DNA of 38,397 bases from a virus (IMGVR_UViG_3300049137_000165:1-38397); one strand, 5' to 3'. Positions 8,487-17,117 are shown, counted from the stretch's first letter. A program made the numbers and translations. The notes: generated by a model not told the origin, from the sequence alone.

Positions 8487-8774
8487 CTACGGGTGGAACA
8501 GGGCGTTCACACGGGACCGCTCAACAACCTGCTGAGCCGCCTCCTGGGCATCTGCCTCCGCGTCCAAAGCGGCCTGCTCCGCCATGTCCAGCGACGCGGT
8601 ATCCACGGCCTCCTGCTCAGCCGACGACATCGCGTGCCAGTCGGCCAGCACGTGCGGCTGACGCGTGTACGACGTCAGCCGGCGCTTCTCCCACCACAGC
8701 ATCAGCGGGATCCCAGCAGCAGCGATCAGGAACACGAGCGGCAGCAGAACCCCCAGAACGCGGGCAGCGGACAT
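8487..8774 (-). CDS. Hypothetical membrane-anchored protein (95 aa)
   Basis: GAGG RBS; N-terminal TM helix and Ala/Glu-rich helical tail. Confidence 0.6.
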   Translation of the reverse strand: MSAARVLGVLLPLVFLIAAAGIPLMLWWEKRRLTSYTRQPHVLADWHAMSSAEQEAVDTASLDMAEQAALDAEADAQEAAQQVVERSRVNALFHP

Positions 8775-8869
8775 GACGAGACCTCGATTCGGCACGACGG
8801 CCGTAGTAGGTGAGGTGATGCAACGCCCCAGGACGGGGACTTGAAGGCCCGCGGTGCAGGCCCGGTGAT

Positions 8870-9226
8870 TCAGGACTCCGAGCCGTCGCCGGCGTCGTCC
8901 GGAGTGTCGTGCTCGAACGCCCGCGGCTGATCCGCCAGCGTCAGCGTGCGATAGCAGCCGGCGCACAGCTGCTCGTCACGGAAGCACGTGGTGAATCGAT
9001 GCCGGTCCTCGGCTGGGCGGCCTGGAAACGTTCGCTTCCCGCAGCGCACCACGGTCGGCGTCTCGAACACCGTCGCCAGCACGCTCCCGGTCCCGTCGCC
9101 CATCCGGATCGTCTCCGTCGGCTGCGGTCGGGCCCACACGGGAACCCGCGCCTCGATGTGCACCGAGCCCGTGGCGAGAGTCTCGATGAAATACAGCTCG
9201 GCGTGCTCCGGGAGCGGCTTGGCCAT
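8870..9226 (-). CDS. Hypothetical protein, possible Zn-binding (H, C, CxxC)
   Basis: TGATG-coupled to the ATPase gene; VRCGK and LCAGC. Confidence 0.6.
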   Translation of the reverse strand: MAKPLPEHAELYFIETLATGSVHIEARVPVWARPQPTETIRMGDGTGSVLATVFETPTVVRCGKRTFPGRPAEDRHRFTTCFRDEQLCAGCYRTLTLADQPRAFEHDTPDDAGDGSES

Positions 9227-11232
9227 CAGGCGGCCTGCCCTTCCCCGGCGCCGCCCTGAGCGGCCTTCCGCAGCTGCTTGCCCCGCTCCTGGATCCGCTC
9301 CCCAAGCGTGGTTGGCTGGCCGTCCGGGGTCAGCAGCGGAGCGCCCTCCAGACGGCGCGCACGGACCTTCCGCATCAGCGCGCCCAGGTCCTCGAACGTG
9401 GCGTCTTCCCGGTTCGCCTCGGTGATGAGGTCCTCCACCGGTTCCACCGCGGTGCCGTCCTCCAGCCACGCCCTGATCTGCTGGCCGAACTCGATACCCG
9501 GCTGCCGAACCACAGCGCCCGTCAACGGCTTCGCCCGCGACTTCGTTACGACCAGGGTGTTCTCCCAGTCCATCGAACCCACGATGTCGAATTCGTACTC
9601 CAGCCCCTCCCGCTGCTCCGGCTTCATCCCGACCTTCTTCGGGACCTGCTTGCCGCGGTCGTTGGTCTCCAGCACGTAGTCGGTCTTCGCCCGCATCGTC
9701 ACGATGACGTGCCCCGGGTAGGCGACCAGCGCCTCGATCATCCGGCGCTCCATCGGGCGGGCTTCCTTCCACCCGCCGAAGCTGTTCCCGCCGAAGCCGC
9801 GCTTCGCCGCCTGGTCGACCTGCTCCAACATGCCGCCGGAACCCGACCAGAAGTGCGACAGGGAGTCGACGATGACGACCTCGTAGCCGGCGGACCCGGC
9901 GGCGGCGAGCGCCTCCACCAGATCGTCAGGGGAGAAGTAGGCGAGCTCCAGGACGTCGAACGCGAACTCGTTGGCGTACTTGCTTGCCGAGCCGCGCTCG
10001 GTGTCAATGACCGCAATACGCGAACCGAGCGCCATCGCGATGGTCAGCGCCGTGTAGGTGTTGTGGGTGACCGCGCAGTGAGCCGTGACGTACAGCCGAT
10101 CCGCAGCATCCACGGAGATGCACTGCACGGGCTTCCGGCCTACCAGCTCCACCTTGTCGATGAACCGGGTGGGCTGGTACTTGGTCCGCGGCCTGTAGGC
10201 GTCTCGCTTTCGCGGCAGCCGGAAGGGAGCCAGCCATCCGGGGAGGCGCAGATGGATCCGGTACGACAGTGCCCCGGTCCTGCTCTCTCCCTTGTGCTGG
10301 TAGCGAGGTGTTCGGGTCGTGACGGTGACAAGTCCGCCAAGCGATTCCACCAGGAAGCGGACCTGGTCGGCGAGGTGCTGCGAGGAGGTGGAGTACTCCA
10401 GCGTGCTGCCGTCGGCATAGCCATCGGTGTCCAGGAGTCCCTGGAGGACTGCAATCCGGGTCTTGGACGTGCCGTAGAGGTACTTCTCCGGGATGAACTT
10501 GTCCGTGGACCTGGTCCCCGCCAACCCGACCTGCCGTACGGCGTCCAAAAGCGGGTTCGGGCCGCTCTGTGCGGTGCGCCGTATCGACACATCGGTGATC
10601 TGGCTGGAGTGCTGCCGAAGCTCCACGCCTTCGGGGAGAAGTGGGGTCACCAGAGCGTGCAGCTCAGGCTCGATGTTGCACAGCCTGACGAAGTGCTCGT
10701 TGAGGTGGCCGTCTCCGAGGAGGACGCCCAGGAGGTAGGGATCGATGGGCAGGGTGTCGTCGGAGTCGAACTCGATGGGCTTGACCAGGGGAATCCTGTG
10801 GTTCCGCTTGCCGTTCCGGTCCAGGAGGGTGGCCGCGATCTCCTTCAGCGGCTTGACGGTACCCGGGCGCTTCGCGGCGGCGTCCAAGTACGTCTGAGTC
10901 AGCCACAGGTGGTCATCGGTGCACTCGACAATGGCACCGTCGTTGAACGTGACTTGGTAGATGGGCTGCTCTCCCTGCGGATAGATGCCCGTGACGAGCG
11001 CGCTTCCGCCATCTGAAGACGTGACGCGGTCTCCGGCCTTGAGGTCGCCCATGTGGCGCCATCCGGTCGGCGTGAGGATCGGCGCGTCCAGTGGCTGAGC
11101 TTTCCCGGATCCTGACGGGCCGTCCAGGGCGACACGCGCCTTGGACTGCTCCTTGGTGGCCGGGGCGAACTGAAAACGGGTGTGAGAGGTCGGACCGCCC
11201 GCGGATGCGGCGGCCTGCGAGGCCGTAGCCAT
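9226..11232 (-). CDS. AAA_24 / Sak4-like phage ATPase (321 aa after splicing) interrupted by an intein
   Basis: RVALDGPSGSGK|TYTAL Walker A split by intein; IAVIDTERGS, VVIVDSLSHFW, HVIVTMRAK, GLEYEFD motifs; GGAG RBS. Confidence 0.85.
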   Translation of the reverse strand: MATASQAAASAGGPTSHTRFQFAPATKEQSKARVALDGPSGSGKAQPLDAPILTPTGWRHMGDLKAGDRVTSSDGGSALVTGIYPQGEQPIYQVTFNDGAIVECTDDHLWLTQTYLDAAAKRPGTVKPLKEIAATLLDRNGKRNHRIPLVKPIEFDSDDTLPIDPYLLGVLLGDGHLNEHFVRLCNIEPELHALVTPLLPEGVELRQHSSQITDVSIRRTAQSGPNPLLDAVRQVGLAGTRSTDKFIPEKYLYGTSKTRIAVLQGLLDTDGYADGSTLEYSTSSQHLADQVRFLVESLGGLVTVTTRTPRYQHKGESRTGALSYRIHLRLPGWLAPFRLPRKRDAYRPRTKYQPTRFIDKVELVGRKPVQCISVDAADRLYVTAHCAVTHNTYTALTIAMALGSRIAVIDTERGSASKYANEFAFDVLELAYFSPDDLVEALAAAGSAGYEVVIVDSLSHFWSGSGGMLEQVDQAAKRGFGGNSFGGWKEARPMERRMIEALVAYPGHVIVTMRAKTDYVLETNDRGKQVPKKVGMKPEQREGLEYEFDIVGSMDWENTLVVTKSRAKPLTGAVVRQPGIEFGQQIRAWLEDGTAVEPVEDLITEANREDATFEDLGALMRKVRARRLEGAPLLTPDGQPTTLGERIQERGKQLRKAAQGGAGEGQAA
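10060..11100 (-). mobile_element. 347-aa intein with LAGLIDADG homing endonuclease, class 3 type
   Basis: Starts AQPLD, ends VTHN|T; block B CTDDHLW; block F VQCISVD; endonuclease motifs YLLGVLLGDG and LQGLLDTDG. Confidence 0.9.
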
Positions 11233-11315
11233 GAGGTCTCCTATGGGGTTGTGCGATGTACGGGGTGCGTGGCCGGACTGGTGTCGGCATCCAGTCCAGC
11301 CCGCACCCGGCGGGC

Positions 11316-11900
11316 CTACTCGGCCGTGGTCTTCTTCTCCGGCAGCAGCACGTCCAACTCCGCCCGGAAGTACTCCTTCAGATAGGCGATCGAGCTGCCG
11401 CCCTCGGTCAGCTTGTAGCCCAGCTCGTCCGACAGGACGGGAAGCCGCTTCCGCAGGTCGCCGCGCAGGGAGTCCTCCACGGTCACGTTCAGCACCGCCC
11501 GCGGATCGTTCACCGCGGACTCACCACGCCGCACCACCCGAACAGGCTCCGGCGGCGTCCACGACCCGTCCAGCGTCCTACGGTGCCCCTCGGTCACCAC
11601 TGCGGTCAGCGTCACATTCCGCTGGTCCGCCGCCTTCTTCAACGCGTCCTTGAGGGACTTGCGCATCGTCAGCGGAAGGTTCGTCGTGAACGGGGCGTCC
11701 TGCTCACGTAGCAGCGTCCACCCGCCCGGGGCCAGCACGGCAGTCACAGCGGCAGCAGAGTCGGGGTGGCCGGCCTCCTCCAGCTGGCGGGCGGCGGTCG
11801 TCAGGCGGTCTCGCATGGTGCGGGCCACAGGGCGGGGTCCTTTCGGCGGGCGCCGTTCGGACCGGGGCCGGCCAGGCGGGCGCGTGGGGGCGTTGGCCAC
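11316..11900 (-). CDS. Putative transcriptional regulator with two ribbon-helix-helix-like units
   Basis: TNLPLTMRKSLKDALKKAADQRNVTLTAVV and AVLNVTVEDSLRGDLRKRL; GGAGG RBS; divergent from the WYL gene. Confidence 0.6.
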   Translation of the reverse strand: MANAPTRPPGRPRSERRPPKGPRPVARTMRDRLTTAARQLEEAGHPDSAAAVTAVLAPGGWTLLREQDAPFTTNLPLTMRKSLKDALKKAADQRNVTLTAVVTEGHRRTLDGSWTPPEPVRVVRRGESAVNDPRAVLNVTVEDSLRGDLRKRLPVLSDELGYKLTEGGSSIAYLKEYFRAELDVLLPEKKTTAE

Positions 11901-11916
11901 CTAGTGTCCTCCAATC

Positions 11917-12025
11917 AGCATTGTGACGCCATGCCGGGTGTGGCCGGGCGGCCGGGACGCCGTGTCCCAACAACCACAACAGTACGGCACAGAGCATTGC
12001 AGTGCAATGCTTGATGGTCTAGTGT
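11917..12025. promoter_or_regulatory. Divergent promoter region with operators
   Basis: Perfect IR AGCATTGC-agt-GCAATGCT 11993-12011; degenerate copy AGCATTGT-gac-GCCATGCC 11917-11935; candidate rightward promoter TTGCAG(11997)-17 nt-TAGTGT(12020). Confidence 0.6.
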
Positions 12026-12057
12026 TGGAACCACACCGCACCAAGGGGGACACCGCA

Positions 12058-12489
12058 ATGAAGCTGACGGCCAAGCAGAACGTGAAGAACACCCTCGCCG
12101 ACCTGTACCGGAGCATCGACCGACAGCACGCCGTCACCCTCACCTTCGACAAGGAAGAGAAGGACGACAACGGTAAGAAGACCGGCCGCCTCGTCGAAGA
12201 CGTCCGCACCGTGGAGCCGTACGACATCCAGACCACCCTCGCCGGCCACATCGTCATCAAGGCCATGGACCGGCAGACCGGAGAGTCCCGAACCATCCGA
12301 CTGGACCGGGTGCACGCCTACACCCTGCACCGGATTCCGTTCATCATCGAGGTACCCGAGGCAACGACCCCCGCCGGACGCCCCACTGTGGTCCGTAGCG
12401 CCGCCCAGGTCATCGCCCGCGAACTTGGACGCGACTACCTTCCCGCCGCCCGCCGCATCACCCAGACCGACACCCGACTCGCCGCATAG
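12058..12489 (+). CDS. Stand-alone WYL-domain protein
   Basis: RTVEPYDI...IKAMDRQTGESRTIRLDRV matches the WYL core; AAGGGGG RBS before ATG 12058; no HTH or WCX domain. Confidence 0.8.
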   Translation: MKLTAKQNVKNTLADLYRSIDRQHAVTLTFDKEEKDDNGKKTGRLVEDVRTVEPYDIQTTLAGHIVIKAMDRQTGESRTIRLDRVHAYTLHRIPFIIEVPEATTPAGRPTVVRSAAQVIARELGRDYLPAARRITQTDTRLAA

Positions 12490-12497
12490 GAGGGGCC

Positions 12498-12725
12498 GTG
12501 GCCGTGTACCAGTCACCCAACGAGCTGCGCATTACCGCTCATGCCGAAGCGCACGGCTGGACCGTGCGGAGCCGCGACCTGTACGGGACCGTGAACTACC
12601 GGAAGCGCGGCAAGGGCTACCTACGGGTCACCTTCGGGATGAACGGTCACGTCTACCACGCCACCACAGCCGAGCGCGCACTCAGGGGAACCCAGGCCGT
12701 ACTGCGCTACCTGGAGACAACATGA
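12498..12725 (+). CDS. Hypothetical phage protein (75 aa)
   Basis: AGGAGG RBS; coupled to the next ORF. Confidence 0.65.
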   Translation: MAVYQSPNELRITAHAEAHGWTVRSRDLYGTVNYRKRGKGYLRVTFGMNGHVYHATTAERALRGTQAVLRYLETT

Positions 12726-12994
12726 CCGCGCCCCTGACGGCTGACGCATTCGCCGAGCAGCTGCGGGCCTCTGGCTGCCGTGTCGAGATCGACCGCAGTT
12801 ACGCCCGGGCCACGTACCTGCGCGCCTCCAAGGTCGGCGAGACCGACACGGACACGTGGATCGTGTTCGAGGGCGACCGCTTCAAGCGCGCCTTCGCCGT
12901 CTGGATTGGCGTCTCGCGGCGCCGCTGGCCCAAGTTCCGCACCATGAAGAGCATCCGCGCCCACCTGGGCGTGACAGGAGAGAAGACATCATGA
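12722..12994 (+). CDS. Hypothetical phage protein (90 aa)
   Basis: GGAG RBS; ATGA overlaps at both ends. Confidence 0.65.
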   Translation: MTAPLTADAFAEQLRASGCRVEIDRSYARATYLRASKVGETDTDTWIVFEGDRFKRAFAVWIGVSRRRWPKFRTMKSIRAHLGVTGEKTS

Positions 12995-13185
12995 GCCGCC
13001 CCAAGTGCGAACCCCTTGTCGGCGCCTGTCCGTCGCCCGCCATTTGGAAGACCCGGGAACCTGGCGACTCGACAGAAAGGAACTGGGTCTTTTCCTGTGG
13101 CCGACACCTGAACCAGATCGCTGCCGATCAGGCCTTTGACACCGGGATGCAGCTTGACCTGGTGCGTATCAAGGCGGACGAGTAG
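12991..13185 (+). CDS. Hypothetical protein (64 aa), possible Zn-binding C..C..CxxH
   Basis: AGGAG RBS; KCEPLVGAC...SCGRH. Confidence 0.6.
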   Translation: MSRPKCEPLVGACPSPAIWKTREPGDSTERNWVFSCGRHLNQIAADQAFDTGMQLDLVRIKADE

Positions 13186-13192
13186 ACGCCAA

Positions 13193-13224
13193 AGGCCACC
13201 GCCCCGAACCGGGGTTGGTGGCCT
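13193..13224 (+). terminator. Putative intrinsic terminator hairpin
   Basis: AGGCCACCGCCCC-gaacc-GGGGTTGGTGGCCT right after the stop of the small-gene operon. Confidence 0.55.
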
Positions 13225-13304
13225 CTCATAGAGATCGCGCAAAGCGCAGCTTACTTTCGGATCGGTTCATCCCGCTACCCCTTCCACGGATCACACTGGA
13301 AACC

Positions 13305-13499
13305 ATGTCGATGCAGCGTCAGGAAGCCCTCGCCGAGGTGGAGTCCGGGCCGCGCCGGCGGGTGTGGTGCCGGGGCTGCCGCCGGCAACTCAGCGACCCG
13401 GAATCGGTTCGTCGCCGGTGGGGGCCTGAGTGTGATCCCGACACCCGCAACAGCCACCAACGGCACGACGCCGACCAAGACCCGATACCCGGACTGTAG
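13305..13499 (+). CDS. DUF6011-like Zn-finger protein
   Basis: CRGCRRQLSDPESVRRRWGPEC pattern. Confidence 0.7.
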   Translation: MSMQRQEALAEVESGPRRRVWCRGCRRQLSDPESVRRRWGPECDPDTRNSHQRHDADQDPIPGL

Positions 13500-13510
13500 G
13501 AGAAGACCCC

Positions 13511-13969
13511 ATGAACACGAGTCGTGACCCTGAGACCGAGTTCGCTGCGCGGGTTCGAGACGCGGAGATCCGGCGTGAGCTTGTCGAGACTCGCCCGCGG
13601 GGTGCTGTCACCGAGCCGATCCGCCCCTCCGACATCCGGCGCGGCGATCTGCTGCGGGTCGTCAGGCGCGGCATCCCGGGCCGGGTGGAGATCCGGGCCG
13701 AGCGGGTTGAGGAGGACTTCCTTGGCCTGGTCGTCAGCGACGGGGAGCGGGAGGTGAAGGTCTACCGCGAGTACCTCCAGCGAGTCCTGGTGGAGGCGGA
13801 CACGGATCCGTTCGGCCCGTACGAGTACGTGGAGGCCGGTGACCGGTGCCACGGAGCGGAGGGCGAGTGCGGCAACCGAGCGTGCACCCAGCGGGACAGC
13901 ACCTGCCGCTGCATGTGCCCGGCGTGCTGCGGCGACACCCCAGAGGTGTGGGGCGGCCCCGTCCACTGA
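13511..13969 (+). CDS. Hypothetical protein with Cys-rich C-terminus
   Basis: AGGAG RBS; IRPSDIRRGDLLRV SH3-like start; eight Cys near the C-terminus. Confidence 0.65.
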   Translation: MNTSRDPETEFAARVRDAEIRRELVETRPRGAVTEPIRPSDIRRGDLLRVVRRGIPGRVEIRAERVEEDFLGLVVSDGEREVKVYREYLQRVLVEADTDPFGPYEYVEAGDRCHGAEGECGNRACTQRDSTCRCMCPACCGDTPEVWGGPVH

Positions 13970-14090
13970 CCCGCCAGGGGGATGCCGGGGGATAGCGGCT
14001 CAGACAAACCACGCCGGGCGGCATAGCGTTCTCTCACGACCTCGGGAGGGCTCCGGAAAGGGCCCGATCCTCCATCCGACCTGCGTGTTT

Positions 14091-14202
14091 ACAAAACTTC
14101 GGGACCCCACCCACTAGGAGCAGTGCGCACGATCCCCGCCCCGCACATCCCCGCACACCGCCACCACAGGCGGACCGGGGAAAGGTAGCTCCGAAGTTTT
14201 GT
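14091..14202. repeat. 12-bp perfect inverted repeat ACAAAACTTCGG / CCGAAGTTTTGT, 88 bp apart
   Basis: 14091-14102 and 14191-14202; AT-rich in a GC-rich background; 40 bp upstream of the recombinase-like gene. Confidence 0.6.
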
Positions 14203-14242
14203 GACTTGATCGTCGGGGGTTTTCCGGGAACAGTGGGACGTC

Positions 14243-15127
14243 ATGGACGCCGCTACCCTGCTCCGTGACTGGCTGGACACCTCCGCCCTGCGCCCCTCCT
14301 CGCAGGCCGAGTACCAGCGCGAGGTCGGATCCTTCCTCACCTGGTGCCTCGAGCAGAAGCCGCCCATCGACGCGCTGACCGCCCGCCCGAAGGACATCGC
14401 CGCCTGGGCCTACGAGCGCTACCTGCACGAGTACCTGCCCGGCATCCCCTTCCACGGCCCCGACGCCCTCGCCCACCTCGCCGACCAGCACCCGGACGCC
14501 GCCCGTACCCACGACCGGCGCATCACCGCGCTCACCATGTACTTCAAGGCCGCCAAGGACCGCGGCATCATCACCCTCCCCCCGGACCTGAAGCGGCTGC
14601 GCACCGGCGTCAACCGTCCCGCAGGCGCCCGCAACCGGCTGGACGACACCGAACGGGCCGCCCTGTTCACCACCATCGGCGCCTGGGGCCCGCACCGCTC
14701 CAAGCGCTGGCAACGCGACCGACTCGCCGTCTACCTGCTGCTGGAGGGAATGCGGCCCTCGCAGGTGATCCGCCTGGACCGCCGGCACATCTACCCCCAG
14801 CCCGACGGCACCACCCAGGTACGCGCCCCCGACGACCACGAGAGCGTGGGCCGCCAGTTCGTCCTCAACCGCATGACCAGCGCCGCCCTGTCCGCCTACC
14901 AGACGGTCCGCCCCGAACCGGCCGACCCGGAGGAGCACGCGCTGCTGCTCAACAGCCGCCGCGAGCAGCTCCAGTTCCGCTGGGTCAACAAGCTGGTCGG
15001 CGAGATGGTCGCCACCGAGCCCCTCCTGGGCGACCGGGACCCCGCCGTCACCGCGGACACCATCGCCCACACCGGCTTCCTCGACACCCCGGCACCTCCA
15101 ACCGGCCAGGAAATCAGGACATCTTAG
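14243..15127 (+). CDS. Tyrosine-recombinase homologue with degenerate active site
   Basis: SAM-like N-domain (LRPSSQAEYQREVGSFLTW), RDRLAVYLLLEGMRPSQVIRLD box I; box II reads TADTIAHT instead of TPHxLRHT; protein ends before the catalytic Tyr. Confidence 0.75.
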   Translation: MDAATLLRDWLDTSALRPSSQAEYQREVGSFLTWCLEQKPPIDALTARPKDIAAWAYERYLHEYLPGIPFHGPDALAHLADQHPDAARTHDRRITALTMYFKAAKDRGIITLPPDLKRLRTGVNRPAGARNRLDDTERAALFTTIGAWGPHRSKRWQRDRLAVYLLLEGMRPSQVIRLDRRHIYPQPDGTTQVRAPDDHESVGRQFVLNRMTSAALSAYQTVRPEPADPEEHALLLNSRREQLQFRWVNKLVGEMVATEPLLGDRDPAVTADTIAHTGFLDTPAPPTGQEIRTS

Positions 15128-15170
15128 ACATCGTCACCGTCGGGACATGGACGGCGGGACAATCGACGGT

Positions 15171-15485
15171 ATGACCTGCGAAGACACTCCCACCCGCCTG
15201 ACCTGGGAAATCCAACTGTACGAGCCGTTCTCCCGGGTGTGGATCTGCAAGGGGTACGGGCGCGCCACCACCACCGCCCAGCCTGGAGACATCGCCCGCG
15301 CCGTCCTGGCCGGCTACCTCGCCGGCCAACCGGCCGGGTTCGGGGAAACGCTCCGCGCCATCGCACGGCCCGACGGGGGACCGCCCGTCACGGTGGCCGC
15401 CGCCGACCTGGACGCGGACGCCGTCACGACCGATCCGGTCGTCCGCCAGGCCCTGCCGCTGTACCTGCGAGACGCGCTGGCCTGA
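15171..15485 (+). CDS. Hypothetical protein (104 aa)
   Basis: Strong GC3 bias; convergent with the serine recombinase. Confidence 0.6.
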   Translation: MTCEDTPTRLTWEIQLYEPFSRVWICKGYGRATTTAQPGDIARAVLAGYLAGQPAGFGETLRAIARPDGGPPVTVAAADLDADAVTTDPVVRQALPLYLRDALA

Positions 15486-15502
15486 CCAAGCGGCAGCAGC
15501 GG

Positions 15503-16330
15503 TCAGCGTTGCGCGAGCAGGCGAGCCGCGCGCTCCCGGCGCTGCTGCTCCTTGCGTTCCGCGCGGGCGCGGGCGGACTGCTGGCGTGCCTTCTCCCGGG
15601 CTTCTGGTGAGAGGACCCGGGCCACGGTAGCGGGATGCCACTTGCCGCCGCGCTTGCTGGGCAGGCCTTCGGCGTTGGCGCGGGCGGCGATGGCGCGTAC
15701 GCCGAGGCCTTCCTCGTCGCGCCAGCGTTCCATCTGTTCGGCGATGGCGTTCTCCCGCTCGTCGGCGGTGAGTTCCTTGTCGACGGTGCGCTGTCCGAAG
15801 CGGGGGGAGCCGTAGGCGTAGCCGCCGCGGGAGCCCTTGGCGGCGCGGCCTTCGGTGAGGCGTTTGATGATGAGGCCGCGGTCGAGCTGGTGGAAGACGC
15901 CGCGCATTTGGCGCATGGCGGTGCGCATGGGGTCGGAGGCGTCGTCCTCGAGGTGTTCGCCGTGGTCGGCGGTGTAGACGCGGCCGCCGATGGCCCACAC
16001 GTAGGACAGGACGGCTTCCTGGACGGTGAGTTCGCGGGCGAGGCGGTCGAGGTTGGGGGCGAGGATGCCGTCTGCCTGGTCGTCGGCGATCCACTGCATG
16101 GCGGTCATGAGGCCGGGGCGTTCGTCGAGGAGGGTGGTGCCGGACTTGCCGGCCTTGCTGTCTCCGTCGGTGACCATGTGGACGATGCGGACCGGTGGGG
16201 TGGTCTGGGGGGTGGCCCAGCGGCGGCAGTCGGCTTCCTGGGCGTCGAGGCCGTAGCCGTCGACGGCTTGGCCGGCGGTGGAGACGCGGCGGACCAGGAT
16301 GAGGCGTAGCGCGGTGTCGAGCGCGTTCAT
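15503..16330 (-). CDS. Serine recombinase (resolvase catalytic domain plus recombinase DNA-binding domain, no Zn ribbon)
   Basis: RVST..Q, ERPGL, LDRLAR, GSPRFG, RAIAARANAEGLPSKRGGKWHPATVARVL; alternative start 16369. Confidence 0.9.
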   Translation of the reverse strand: MNALDTALRLILVRRVSTAGQAVDGYGLDAQEADCRRWATPQTTPPVRIVHMVTDGDSKAGKSGTTLLDERPGLMTAMQWIADDQADGILAPNLDRLARELTVQEAVLSYVWAIGGRVYTADHGEHLEDDASDPMRTAMRQMRGVFHQLDRGLIIKRLTEGRAAKGSRGGYAYGSPRFGQRTVDKELTADERENAIAEQMERWRDEEGLGVRAIAARANAEGLPSKRGGKWHPATVARVLSPEAREKARQQSARARAERKEQQRRERAARLLAQR

Positions 16331-16399
16331 GATCTGATCGTAGACCGGTGCGTGAACAACTATGCCCATAGATGTAACACCGCATCATCCGGGGCCGCC

Positions 16400-16513
16400 T
16401 GCATGACTATGCGGCTGGTTATGCACCCTGTCGTGGCGTCGGAGAACGGAAGGTTATCCGACGTCACAGGCGATGATCCCTCCGGCGGGCGCTCTTAGGT
16501 CCTGGTTAAGAGC
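16400..16513. repeat. Three successive inverted repeats upstream of the serine recombinase (candidate res site or RNA hairpins)
   Basis: 16400-16425, 16433-16467, 16491-16513; each has GGTTA at or next to the start of its right arm. Confidence 0.45.
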
Positions 16514-16534
16514 ATCCCCCAGGGCCATCCTGTG

Positions 16535-16717
16535 TCACCAGTCCATCTTCAGGATGTGCGCCAGGGCGTAGTGCCCGCGGTAGCCCCGGACGGTGGCGAA
16601 CCGTTCCCCGCACTGGCACTGCTTCCTGAACAAGCCGCGAAACGGTTCGGGGATCGAGGGGACCCATTCCCCCTTGAGGTTCTTGGTCATGACCCCGGGT
16701 TCGTAAGTGCTGTCCAT
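16535..16717 (-). CDS. Small protein with C2H2-like Zn finger
   Basis: CQCGERFATVRGYRGHYALAH; GGAG RBS. Confidence 0.6.
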   Translation of the reverse strand: MDSTYEPGVMTKNLKGEWVPSIPEPFRGLFRKQCQCGERFATVRGYRGHYALAHILKMDW

Positions 16718-16832
16718 GCAGCCACGCTCCCACGGTGGGCGGTGGGCGTTCCCTCTGCTGCCGGGCCGAGATCAGGAACATTAACCGCAGCCAGGCGCGC
16801 CGTTGCCCTAGAAACGGGTACGACCCCCTGTG

Positions 16833-17117
16833 TCAGTGCTTCCACTCGGGCAGGAAGTCGGGGTGGTCGCTCCACTGTCGGGCCGCGATGGTCAGGTAGA
16901 AGTGCGGCATGCTCGGGTTGTCGCCGCGTTCGATCTCCGCCTGGGCGGCTCCCTTGATGACGGTCGCCATGTCGAGCAGGGCTTGATGGGGTCGTTCATC
17001 GGTGGAGCCGTACGGGATGGCGTCGCGCAGGGGCGTGACGCGGGCCTTGATGAAGGCGATCACCTTATCGATGTCGTCCATCGTCTTGTCGGGCGGCGGC
17101 ATGTAGGCGTCGGGCAC
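16833..17117 (-). CDS. Hypothetical protein (94 aa)
   Basis: C-terminal AARQWSDHPDFLPEW resembles DUF6221-type Streptomyces phage proteins; good GC3 bias. Confidence 0.65.
   Translation of the reverse strand: MPDAYMPPPDKTMDDIDKVIAFIKARVTPLRDAIPYGSTDERPHQALLDMATVIKGAAQAEIERGDNPSMPHFYLTIAARQWSDHPDFLPEWKH

Noticed and set aside
14243-16330. Either recombinase as the prophage integrase
   Set aside because: Tyrosine homologue lacks catalytic residues; serine enzyme lacks the integrase Zn-ribbon/coiled-coil; no att repeat recognised
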